DNA of 64,000 nt from a virus (lineage: Duplodnaviria; Caudoviricetes). Location: IMG/VR virus record IMGVR_UViG_3300022602_000025; one strand, 5' to 3'. The notes beneath the pieces were generated by a model. The model saw only the letters and a list, made by a program, of their open reading frames with translations, searched no databases and was not told the DNA's origin. Position numbers and translations under genes: made by a program. Positions 29,713 through 38,953 of this stretch are shown one piece after another; within the stretch, counting starts at the first letter, position 1, and every line of letters begins with the position of its first letter.

Positions 29713-30352
29713 ACTATTTTTTAAAAAATGGCCTTATAAAGTAGAAACTAATGCCCCAAAAGCTCATTTAATCAAAGAGTGGGGCATTAGCCGTACTATT
29801 GATATTTGCACGAATACATGGCAACCATTATGGGTCCGTAAGCAACTATCTGAAGATCAAAAATTAAAACTACACAAATATATCTATGATTCTACAGAAT
29901 TCTTAAATTCTGCAGGACAACTTAGATTTGAAGGCGATACTTGTAGTTTCTATACTGACGACTACGAGTTATACAAAAAAATGTGTACAGAAATGTCACC
30001 GTGGGTTGTAAGTATAACCGAACCTGCTAGCGAAGAAGATTTAAAGATACTTCAAGAAAAAAGTAGGTACCGTCTTTGTGATCGATTGCCTTATAACAAA
30101 TACAAGTACAAGGTATACCTCCGTGAACGTATGCCCCAAAATGTTAGATCTAACTTTGCTACATGGTTAGAACACTATTCTGAACAAGTTAAAATGGCTA
30201 AGAATACACATTTTTGGTTGGCTGGAAAAAGAAATTGGATACAAGACCCGTTCCTTTATGTGGTAGATGGCCCTAACCTAAGCATGATTACTATGTTTTT
30301 AGGTGAATATGTTAAAAAAACACAAGAATTTGTCCTAAGAGATATACAATAA
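29690..30352 (+). CDS. hypothetical protein
   Basis: ATG at 29690 overlaps the end of clpA. Confidence 0.65.
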   Translation: MKVYQTNKLFFKKWPYKVETNAPKAHLIKEWGISRTIDICTNTWQPLWVRKQLSEDQKLKLHKYIYDSTEFLNSAGQLRFEGDTCSFYTDDYELYKKMCTEMSPWVVSITEPASEEDLKILQEKSRYRLCDRLPYNKYKYKVYLRERMPQNVRSNFATWLEHYSEQVKMAKNTHFWLAGKRNWIQDPFLYVVDGPNLSMITMFLGEYVKKTQEFVLRDIQ

Positions 30353-30373
30353 ATAGTATATCTAGGACAAATT
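30327..30373 (+). promoter_or_regulatory. late promoter within an RBS-sequestering hairpin
   Basis: 11-bp plus 7-bp stems with TAAATA (30350-30355) in the loop and AGGA in the 3' arm. Confidence 0.7.
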
Positions 30374-30841
30374 ATGCCAGCAACTAGTACGACACTACAA
30401 TTTTACAATCCATACATAACTCGTAATCAGCACGTTTCACAGCCTAGCTTTACGATGCCACAAATGGTCAACGGACAACAAGTTCCGCCTGTGCTAACTG
30501 TGTACAGCGATCGCATAAATGCCGCTGGCTATTACAGTTTAGGCTCTGTACAACACACAATTAGCTATACTATAGAAGGTTCATTTAGAGGAACCATTAC
30601 AATACAATACTCTAATTTTCCTAATCCGCAAGATACTGACTGGACAGATATTCCAGAAACACAAAAATACTACTATGGCCTAGAAACTACGGGTAGTGCA
30701 GGCATTAGCGGCGGGTTTAGTGGTGCGATTAGCCACCCTACACAAACTGATCTCTTTAATTTTGTAGGCAATTACGCTTATCTCCGTGCAAGATTAGACA
30801 TTAGCCAAGGTACTGTAAACACAGTCAGGTACAATTTCTAA
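30374..30841 (+). CDS. late hypothetical (possibly structural) protein
   Basis: Beta-rich composition; late promoter. Confidence 0.65.
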   Translation: MPATSTTLQFYNPYITRNQHVSQPSFTMPQMVNGQQVPPVLTVYSDRINAAGYYSLGSVQHTISYTIEGSFRGTITIQYSNFPNPQDTDWTDIPETQKYYYGLETTGSAGISGGFSGAISHPTQTDLFNFVGNYAYLRARLDISQGTVNTVRYNF

Positions 30842-30892
30842 AAGCTAAAATGCACTAAATATAGCATATTACCTTAACCCTAGCAGACTATT

Positions 30893-31291
30893 ATGAAACT
30901 ATACGAATTTTTTGGCAAAATTGATCGAAGTGTTAATCCAGAGGATAAAGATAAAGATCCTTCTACATTAAATCAAGAAGAAGAACAGCATCTTGCAGAT
31001 GACCTTTTTTGGTTTATAATCGATCACGATGATCTACATAAACAGCACTTTATGCCTAAGGCTAAAGAGCTTAAGGCTGCACACAGCGCAGACAAATCCG
31101 ATAGTACTAAAGATTGGAAACACTGGCTACCAATGGTTAAGGAAGGCTGTATTAGGTACTTTGAACAACATCATGTACCTGGTGATCCTAAAGAAACATT
31201 TAATCAAGAATTTATGAAAACGTTATGCAGACGTTGTGCAGAACACTATCATAAAGATATCATTAAAGGCGAATATAAGTTAGGCCACTAA
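30893..31291 (+). CDS. hypothetical, putative internal head protein
   Basis: MKLYEFF leader; TAAATA at 30856-30861. Confidence 0.6.
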   Translation: MKLYEFFGKIDRSVNPEDKDKDPSTLNQEEEQHLADDLFWFIIDHDDLHKQHFMPKAKELKAAHSADKSDSTKDWKHWLPMVKEGCIRYFEQHHVPGDPKETFNQEFMKTLCRRCAEHYHKDIIKGEYKLGH

Positions 31292-31292
31292 T

Positions 31293-34200
31293 ATGCTTTT
31301 GAATAGTTTATTCCAACCTAAAGAACAAATTAATGAAGCCATCACTGTTGATGAATTCAAAGATATATTAAAGAAGTTCTTGCCCCTTGCTAAAAAGATA
31401 ATTGGTCTAGAAAAACTTCCCACTATCGTTCTTAAAAAAACACTAGCACACGGCGATCAACCAACTATGGGTCGTTTTTATAACGACACTTATACTTTAG
31501 AACTAGCAGTTGCTAATCGTCAACCTGTTGATGCACTGAGAACATTAGCTCACGAGCTAACACATGCCCTACAAGATAGCGAGCATATCGAAATCAGTCC
31601 AGAAACAGGTAGCCCAGAAGAAAACAAAGCGAATGAAATGGCTGGTATTGTTATGCGCCACTTCAATAAGCAATACCCAGAATACTTAAAATACCAATCC
31701 ATTATGGAAGGTGGTAATTTAGAAGTACCTGATGTTGATCAACCAGGTCAATCTCATCAAGCAGATACTATAGAATTAAAAGTACACAACCGTAGTTTCA
31801 TGGTCGGTGTATTAAACAAGTTACTACAAGACATCAATGCGTCTTTCCAAGCACAGTATAATCAACCATTATGGAGTCCTCAGCTGATAAAAGCTGGTAC
31901 ATTCCTAAGTGGTAGCTCATTACACTTCTTCAATGTTAAAGGCATTCCAGACGAACAGTTTGTTGCTAAGAAACCTAAAGTAGGTGACATTGATACACAA
32001 TGCGATAAAGAATTAGAACCACAAGTACAGCAATACTTAACATCTATTGTTGGCAAACAAGTAGGTACAGCCAAGTTCTTAGGATTCAAACCAGGTAATA
32101 ATCAGTTCTCTGGACTGTTCCAACTACAAGATCCACCTGTTAAAGTACAGATTGACTTTGAGTTTGGTCGTTATGATCCTAAGACTAATGCTCCAGACGA
32201 GTGGTATTCATACAGTCATAGTTCAGACTGGTCGGACGTTGAAGCAGGTGTTAAGGGTGTATTCCACAAATACATAGACCGTGCATTACCATACGCTAAG
32301 ACTAGTGAAAAATACGTTGCTCGTGTACTTAAGAAGAGTACAAAGATTAGCGATCAGCCTGTTGTAGATGCTGATTATAGTTTTGCTGTAGCAGGTGGTC
32401 AAGGTGGTGGTGTAAGTGCCAAGTATAAGCCTTATATCGATCCTACAACAGGTGAGCCAATGATGAAAGATGGCATTCCTGTTATGCAGGAGCTACCTCC
32501 TAACCAAAGAGATTACATACAAAATCTAGCACAACAGTTTGAGATCTACTTTGATCGTAAACCAAAAGGCAATGACCTTGAATTACTAAACAGTTTCCAA
32601 GGTACTATACAATTAGCAAACAAATATCTTGATGATCAACAACGTCAAGAAGTTGCTAATCGTTTCTTAGACATTTGTTTTGAGCCGGGCTCACAGATGA
32701 TTACTAAAAACGATCCTGCAAGTGATCGTGAAGCAAAGTTCGCAGCTATTGATCTTATGGTTGAAAGACTAAAGATGACTGATCCTCAAGGATTTAGAAA
32801 ACACGCTGTTGAAATGAGCAAAGCATATGAAGATGCTTTTAGAGTTAAAAAACAACCAATGGCAGAATCTATTTTAAACGAAGCAGATCCTGAACAACCA
32901 CAAGTTAAAGCACAACTACGTAAAGGCATGCCGCATTTACGTGATTTAAAGTCAGCAGACTTTTTAGATTTATTAGATGAACTACATCAAGGTAATGGTA
33001 AGTTTGAATTAAAGAATATTCCACTTAATGTTAAAGTAGACGGCTTTGGTGGACGCTTTGGTAAAAATGCAGAAGGCAAACCTTTCATGGGTACTAGCCG
33101 CACAGAGCCGCGCTATGAAGCAAGTTTTGTAAAATATCATCAACAAAAAGGAACCACTGATCCAGATATACTAGGTCGTGCTCAAATGTTTGATGACTTG
33201 TTTAATGAAATGATGGATGCTATTAAATTAGTAGATAGCAAACTAGGTAAAGATTTCTTAATCAACAAACAAGTAACTTGCGAAGTATTATATCTTCCAT
33301 TCGCTACAGAAACTCCAGAAGGCAAATTAAAGTTTGTTGGCATACACTATGACAAACTACCAGATGGTGTGCAACTAGCCCTAGTTCCTTTCCGTGTAGT
33401 AGAAGGCGACACAGGCGAAGATCTACCTGATTCAGATAAGTTTATTAAACAATTAACTAAAGTAGGTAAAGCAGGTAGTGTAATGTTTATTGACAACAGC
33501 CTAACACAGAATGAAGCGTTAGATGTTACAGCACTTGTACCTCCTATGGAAAACATAGCACAGTTTAAGGCTATGTTAGCAAGCAAGAAACGTGATCAAG
33601 CCGCAGAAGTTAAGGCCGCACTTGAGCCAGTTAAACTTGCTCTTGAAAAAGCAATCATTGAAGATCCAAATATTGTTGGTAAAGATTTATTAGGTAAGAA
33701 TTACGAAGGTATTGTTATTAACAGTCGCCTTGGTCCTATTAAAGTTACTAGTCAAGAACAACGTGATGTTATACAGGCTAAGAAAGATGCTATGGCTAAT
33801 GCTCGTACAGAACGTCCACGCGGTGAATCGAAGACCGCTGTAGTTGCTATTGGTAGTTTTGTTGGCCATAAAGGTCACGAAGAACTGTTTAACTATACAA
33901 TTAACAAAGCAAAACAATTAGGTGGTGATCCTTATTTGTTTATTGGTAATGCTGTAGGTAAAAATGATCCAATTCCTCCAGCTACTAAAGTAGAAACATG
34001 GCACAAGATGTATCCTGAATATGCCGATAACATCAGCACAGTTCAAGAAGGTGGTACACTACTACAAAAGATCAAACACGAATTAATCAATCCGTTACCA
34101 GGCAAACCTCCACGTTACGATAATATTGTTATTATGGTAGGTGAGGATCAAAAAGATATGCCTATCGCTGGCGCACTGATGAAAGCTGTTAACAAGTTCC

Positions 34201-35558
34201 CAGGATATGAACATGTTAATGTTAAATTAGAAGCGACACCGCGTGGCACCGGAATGAGCTTTACTAAGTTGCGTAATATTTTAAAAGATGTTAATGCGAC
34301 TCCAGAAGAACAATTAAAAGTTTGGGAACAAGGGTTCGATGTTAAAAAATTAGGTGCTGAATGGATTAAGCATCTAATGGATTTAACACGTAAAGGAATG
34401 GGCCTAGGTGAACCACACACTAGTCCAAGCGGAGTAAAAACAAATATGCCAAAGAATGACGATGACTATGCAATTAATTACGGTCCTAAAGGTCTTGCTA
34501 AACCAAAACCAGGTCGTGTTTTAAATGCACTAGTAGCACCTAAAGAACCGCAAGCAGAAAGCGTAGATGGTGGTACAGCAGAAATTAAAAAAGAGCCAGT
34601 AGGTGGCGGTAGTTATGTATCAATGAGTCACATGCCTTGGGAAGCGATTGGACCTAATCCACACGATCCTGATCCAATGAATCCGATGATCCATCATAAA
34701 TCAAATCCTGCTGCATTAAAAGATCGTATGTTAAGAGCAAGCGGACAGTTAAAAGATCTAGCGACTCGAGCACAAACAGCAAGTCCAATGGAATGGCAAA
34801 GCATCACTCGTCATTTTAAAGAACTACAAATGAACATTGACGAGATTGAACACGCACTAGCAGAGTTAGCCAAACAAAGACGTAGAGGCGGTGTTCGTAG
34901 TCGTGGCATTGATAAAAACATTGACGAAAAAATGTTGCCAGCTAGTGCATTTGCTGGTAGCAAGAAAAACAAGTTAGGTACAGCAGGTCAACTACGCAAT
35001 CAAAAGCGTGGCGCTCGTGCAGGTGACCTAGTCGGTGGCTCTGCAGAAAGTGTAGAAACAGAATGTGCAGGAGTCGGTACTGTTACAGCACAGAATACAA
35101 CTGTTGATGTTAAGCCAAATACATTAAACAAAGAATTGAAAGCATTTTTCCCTAAACAGAAAAAAGCAAAAACAGAAGCCGCCAATGCTGCACAACAGGC
35201 TGCTATCGCTATCGCTAAAAAGAAAGAAAAAGGTGTTGACGAAGATCAGCGACTAGATCCTAAATGTTGGAAAGGTTATCGCAAGCAAGGCACCAAAATG
35301 AAAGGTGGGACAAGAGTTAATAATTGTGTTAAAATAGGTGAAGCGTGGGAAGATGAGATTTCCAATGCTGTTAGCAAATTACTTGAAAACTTTGCAGATG
35401 GTAAAAATCCTGGACGTAAAGGTTTGGCAAAACGTAGTGGTGTTAATACCAAAGCAAGTGTTAGTGATTTAAGAAAGACAGCTAAACATAGCACAGGCGA
35501 AAAGGCTCGCATGGCACATTGGTTAGCTAATATGAAAGCAGGCAAGGCAAAGAAATGA
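31293..35558 (+). CDS. 1421-aa multidomain polyprotein: HExxH peptidase + Pol-beta-type nucleotidyltransferase + KxDG ligase-like domain + HxGH nucleotidyltransferase + basic peptide modules
   Basis: Motifs HELTH...ENKANEMAG; SGSS..GDID..VQID; VKVDG..EGIV..IKV; GHKGH..SFTKLR. Confidence 0.7.
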   Translation: MLLNSLFQPKEQINEAITVDEFKDILKKFLPLAKKIIGLEKLPTIVLKKTLAHGDQPTMGRFYNDTYTLELAVANRQPVDALRTLAHELTHALQDSEHIEISPETGSPEENKANEMAGIVMRHFNKQYPEYLKYQSIMEGGNLEVPDVDQPGQSHQADTIELKVHNRSFMVGVLNKLLQDINASFQAQYNQPLWSPQLIKAGTFLSGSSLHFFNVKGIPDEQFVAKKPKVGDIDTQCDKELEPQVQQYLTSIVGKQVGTAKFLGFKPGNNQFSGLFQLQDPPVKVQIDFEFGRYDPKTNAPDEWYSYSHSSDWSDVEAGVKGVFHKYIDRALPYAKTSEKYVARVLKKSTKISDQPVVDADYSFAVAGGQGGGVSAKYKPYIDPTTGEPMMKDGIPVMQELPPNQRDYIQNLAQQFEIYFDRKPKGNDLELLNSFQGTIQLANKYLDDQQRQEVANRFLDICFEPGSQMITKNDPASDREAKFAAIDLMVERLKMTDPQGFRKHAVEMSKAYEDAFRVKKQPMAESILNEADPEQPQVKAQLRKGMPHLRDLKSADFLDLLDELHQGNGKFELKNIPLNVKVDGFGGRFGKNAEGKPFMGTSRTEPRYEASFVKYHQQKGTTDPDILGRAQMFDDLFNEMMDAIKLVDSKLGKDFLINKQVTCEVLYLPFATETPEGKLKFVGIHYDKLPDGVQLALVPFRVVEGDTGEDLPDSDKFIKQLTKVGKAGSVMFIDNSLTQNEALDVTALVPPMENIAQFKAMLASKKRDQAAEVKAALEPVKLALEKAIIEDPNIVGKDLLGKNYEGIVINSRLGPIKVTSQEQRDVIQAKKDAMANARTERPRGESKTAVVAIGSFVGHKGHEELFNYTINKAKQLGGDPYLFIGNAVGKNDPIPPATKVETWHKMYPEYADNISTVQEGGTLLQKIKHELINPLPGKPPRYDNIVIMVGEDQKDMPIAGALMKAVNKFPGYEHVNVKLEATPRGTGMSFTKLRNILKDVNATPEEQLKVWEQGFDVKKLGAEWIKHLMDLTRKGMGLGEPHTSPSGVKTNMPKNDDDYAINYGPKGLAKPKPGRVLNALVAPKEPQAESVDGGTAEIKKEPVGGGSYVSMSHMPWEAIGPNPHDPDPMNPMIHHKSNPAALKDRMLRASGQLKDLATRAQTASPMEWQSITRHFKELQMNIDEIEHALAELAKQRRRGGVRSRGIDKNIDEKMLPASAFAGSKKNKLGTAGQLRNQKRGARAGDLVGGSAESVETECAGVGTVTAQNTTVDVKPNTLNKELKAFFPKQKKAKTEAANAAQQAAIAIAKKKEKGVDEDQRLDPKCWKGYRKQGTKMKGGTRVNNCVKIGEAWEDEISNAVSKLLENFADGKNPGRKGLAKRSGVNTKASVSDLRKTAKHSTGEKARMAHWLANMKAGKAKK

Positions 35559-35926
35559 GAGCGAGTGAATTTATAACTGAATCAGCTGCTTGGCAAAAAT
35601 CTAGCGGTAAGAATAAGAACGGCGGCTTAAACAAAAAAGGTGTCGCTAGTTATCGCAGAGAACATCCAGGTAGCCATTTACAAACAGCCGTAACTACTAA
35701 ACCTAGTAAGTTAAAGAAAGGTAGCAAGGCCAGCAAGCGCCGTAAGAGCTTTTGTGCTCGTATGAAAGGTATGAAGAAACACCGCACTGGAGCAAAAACT
35801 AAACGAGATCCAAATAGCCGTATTAATAAATCTCTGCGTAAATGGAACTGTGAAAGTATTGAACAAATGCAACAAATGATCATTGAAGGTGAACAAATGA
35901 TCAATAAGTTAAAACAAATTTTATGA
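35555..35926 (+). CDS. highly basic putative internal protein (DUF6321-like)
   Basis: MRASEFITE leader; K/R-rich with RRKSFCARM and SLRKWNC; family name from memory. Confidence 0.6.
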   Translation: MRASEFITESAAWQKSSGKNKNGGLNKKGVASYRREHPGSHLQTAVTTKPSKLKKGSKASKRRKSFCARMKGMKKHRTGAKTKRDPNSRINKSLRKWNCESIEQMQQMIIEGEQMINKLKQIL

Positions 35927-36243
35927 AACAATACTATATAACATCTGATCATCTTCCGCAGGATAGCGATAATGACGCATATCTTGCACCAGACGATCCT
36001 ATACACGAGCTAAAGGTAGTGCAATACCTAGCAGGGCTTGGTGGTGAAGCACGATTACAGGAATATCGCGCCAAAACCGCACAGCACAACAAGGAAATAA
36101 ATAAAGGTAGTAATGTTTCAACAACAGCGGCTGAAAAAGTTCAGCTGATGAAAGATAATAATATTAAACCAGGATCTCCTGAATATATTAAACTATGGTT
36201 TAGTAAACCATTTTTAACTGGCGAAAAGCCTGTGGGAAAGTAA
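35923..36243 (+). CDS. hypothetical protein
   Basis: Coupled ORF within the late cluster. Confidence 0.6.
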   Translation: MKQYYITSDHLPQDSDNDAYLAPDDPIHELKVVQYLAGLGGEARLQEYRAKTAQHNKEINKGSNVSTTAAEKVQLMKDNNIKPGSPEYIKLWFSKPFLTGEKPVGK

Positions 36244-36636
36244 ATGAGAGCTAGAGAATTCATAAGTGAAAAAGTAAACAAGATTCCTGCGAATCAGCAA
36301 TCTGCTACTCCTGGCATGCGTAGTCATCCAAATCTAGATAACTCTAGTCCATATCACCCATGGCGTTTTTCCGCACACTTTTTAGCTGGCGCAAATGGTG
36401 TCGACGATTATGAACACCAACCAGACCGTGATGGTCCTGCAGGTCAAGCGTTAGTTACAGTTGCATATTCAAAAGGCGATGCTGCTATTATTGATCAAGC
36501 TGAAAAAGCATTCGGCAAAGAAGCAAGGCATACAAAATTATCTCCTCCTGGTTCTAGTGAGGAAAGCGATGTAGGTACAACTAGTCCAGTAGCAAACTGG
36601 ATGAAACCAACGAAAGAAAAGAAAAGTAAAAAATGA
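36244..36636 (+). CDS. hypothetical, putative internal protein
   Basis: MRAREFISE leader. Confidence 0.6.
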   Translation: MRAREFISEKVNKIPANQQSATPGMRSHPNLDNSSPYHPWRFSAHFLAGANGVDDYEHQPDRDGPAGQALVTVAYSKGDAAIIDQAEKAFGKEARHTKLSPPGSSEESDVGTTSPVANWMKPTKEKKSKK

Positions 36637-37751
36637 GTAAACCAGAAGTATACTTAGACCTAGACGGAGTAGTAGCAGACTTTTTTACAGAGTATGCTAA
36701 ACTTGCCGGCGTTGAAAACGGCAACTACAGAGATATCCCCCCAGCAAAAACAGATCCTACACTAGACAAAATGGTAGGTACTGATTTCTTTAATCGTCTG
36801 CCTAAGTGTCCTAACGCTGATCAACTAGTACACATGATCGTAAAACTATACGGAAAATATCATGTGTGCTCAAGTCCCCTACGTGGCGATCATGAAAACT
36901 CAGAAAAATGGAAAAAGGTTTGGATTCAACGTGAATTGAAACCAGGTCCTGTTGATGTAATCATTACACCAAACAAAGCCAAATATGCAAAACAAGCAGA
37001 TGGTACACCTAACATCTTAATTGATGATAGAGGTAGTAATATCTCTGCTTGGGAAGCCGCAGGTGGTATTGGTATTAAGTATCAGGCAGATGAAGATAGT
37101 CTAAGTAAAGTAGTAGACGGATTTACTCGCGCTCGCAAGATTCTTAAAGGTGAAGAAGAACATAAACCACAACAATTAAAAAGCAAAGATCGTAGCTCAG
37201 GAAAACTAATTGCCAAGAGCGGCGACAGCGATGAAGAACCTAGTTCAGCAGCAGATGTACAAGAGAACGATGAGATAAATCCTCGTTTCCAATCTAGACC
37301 AATGATGGCTAAAGAAACTACAAGATATACTGGATCTGGAATACATCCAAAACTAGTCGATGTACTAAAACAAAGAGGTTATAAAGGACCATATCAGCTC
37401 GGTAAATTAAAAAAATGGTTTGTTCATCTTAAAGATGATGTCGGTGCAGAAGCCGATGATGAAATTATGGTTACAGGCAATGACGTCGAGTACGATGAAT
37501 GGGTTTTGAAACCAAAATACGGAATGTATGCGTTTGGTTCAGAAGGCGGATACATGGAAGGTGACGCTAATAAAGTTATCAAAAATACCGCACCATTAGG
37601 CGAGTCAGCAAGCAGTGGAGCTAGCGGAGTAAGCGGAGGAGCGTCTAATTCAGGAACTGGCCCTTACGGTAACGGTTTTGCATTTGGTGGTCCTGGGGCG
37701 GAATCAGTTAGTTCCAAAAAAAAGAAAAAGCCAAAACTTATTAAGAGATAA
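36633..37751 (+). CDS. HAD-family 5'(3')-nucleotidase-like phosphatase with C-terminal extensions
   Basis: YLDLDGVVADF, SSPL and ILIDD motifs; low-complexity and extra domain after aa ~170. Confidence 0.8.
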   Translation: MSKPEVYLDLDGVVADFFTEYAKLAGVENGNYRDIPPAKTDPTLDKMVGTDFFNRLPKCPNADQLVHMIVKLYGKYHVCSSPLRGDHENSEKWKKVWIQRELKPGPVDVIITPNKAKYAKQADGTPNILIDDRGSNISAWEAAGGIGIKYQADEDSLSKVVDGFTRARKILKGEEEHKPQQLKSKDRSSGKLIAKSGDSDEEPSSAADVQENDEINPRFQSRPMMAKETTRYTGSGIHPKLVDVLKQRGYKGPYQLGKLKKWFVHLKDDVGAEADDEIMVTGNDVEYDEWVLKPKYGMYAFGSEGGYMEGDANKVIKNTAPLGESASSGASGVSGGASNSGTGPYGNGFAFGGPGAESVSSKKKKKPKLIKR

Positions 37752-37753
37752 TC

Positions 37754-38398
37754 ATGAACGAAGCTAAAAAAGATCGTAAACGTCCAATATATACAATTAA
37801 ACCTCGTACAGGACACGCACCTACACAAACAGGTGCAGGTGCTCACAAGGATAAAAAGAAAGCTGATAAACAAGGCGATGTAAAGCATAAGAAAAAAGAC
37901 TATGCTGAAGGTCTTGAAGAATTATTATCTAAAATAGTTAAAGAAAATCGCGACATGAATGATCGCGAAGTCAATGGTAACATTATGCCTGCAGAAGGTA
38001 TGGACGAACCAGAAGGCGAAACTCTTAAAAATAGCCTACATACAATTATCCGTGTGGCAACACATCTAGACAAAAGGTTAGATGTTAATGACGATTTCCC
38101 AGAATGGGTAAGCGAAAAGATGGGTGCTATTAAAGGTATGATGGTTAGTGTTATGGATTACTTAATAAGTGATCAAGAAATGTCACAGGACCCAGATGCG
38201 ATGGAAGGTTACGGTTTCGGTGATACACCAAAGCCACAACAAAAGAATACTAAAAATACTTTTACTAAAAAAGTACCACACGGCGGACTACCTGAATCAA
38301 AAGGATGGACACACGATAGTCTAGCAGATAGACTATTTGAACATGAACGCACTTATGAAGAAAAGTTAGCGAACATGCTTAGAAAAATATCAAAGTAA
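37754..38398 (+). CDS. hypothetical modular protein
   Basis: Basic peptide, then acidic helical modules separated by Glu sites. Confidence 0.55.
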   Translation: MNEAKKDRKRPIYTIKPRTGHAPTQTGAGAHKDKKKADKQGDVKHKKKDYAEGLEELLSKIVKENRDMNDREVNGNIMPAEGMDEPEGETLKNSLHTIIRVATHLDKRLDVNDDFPEWVSEKMGAIKGMMVSVMDYLISDQEMSQDPDAMEGYGFGDTPKPQQKNTKNTFTKKVPHGGLPESKGWTHDSLADRLFEHERTYEEKLANMLRKISK

Positions 38399-38901
38399 TG
38401 CACATTTTTGAAGTTGTTTCCTCGGACTACGAAATCCGTAACTATCATAAGTTAGATCGTATCCTTACCAAACTATGTGAAATGGTTGTCGAAGGTAAGA
38501 AAAGCGATAAAGATTATGGTATGGTTGCTGCAGCCGTTTTAGATCCAGATAACAATATAGTAGCCGGACTTAACTATCCTGGTGAAGATGGTAAACGCAT
38601 ACATGCAGAACATGCTGCGATTGAAGCGTATCATAAAGAGTACGGCGACATTCCAGAAGGCAGTATCATCCTAACTACACTAAGTCCATGTAATACTCAT
38701 ATGGATGAGCGTGATGGACCACCATGCGCCGATCTTATTGAACAAGCAGGCGTACTCAAAGTTTATTGCGGTTACATGGACCCTTCTCAAAACCATGGCA
38801 GTAAGGATCACAGACATTTTAATTTGATGGAAACTGAAAATCTCCAAATTAGAGAACTGTGCCAATCTTTCGCTGATACATTCCTAAAAGATTCAAAATA
38901 A
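38398..38901 (+). CDS. zinc-dependent deaminase (RibD/CMP-dCMP deaminase fold)
   Basis: HAE...TTLSPC...PPCADLIEQAGV..VYCGYMDP. Confidence 0.85.
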   Translation: MHIFEVVSSDYEIRNYHKLDRILTKLCEMVVEGKKSDKDYGMVAAAVLDPDNNIVAGLNYPGEDGKRIHAEHAAIEAYHKEYGDIPEGSIILTTLSPCNTHMDERDGPPCADLIEQAGVLKVYCGYMDPSQNHGSKDHRHFNLMETENLQIRELCQSFADTFLKDSK

Positions 38902-38904
38902 TAG

Positions 38905-38933
38905 TTGACACTTGTAGTAAAGTGCTATATAAT
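38905..38933 (+). promoter_or_regulatory. sigma70-type early promoter
   Basis: TTGACA-17nt-TATAAT. Confidence 0.8.
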
Positions 38934-38953
38934 TAGCATACAGGAGAATAATT

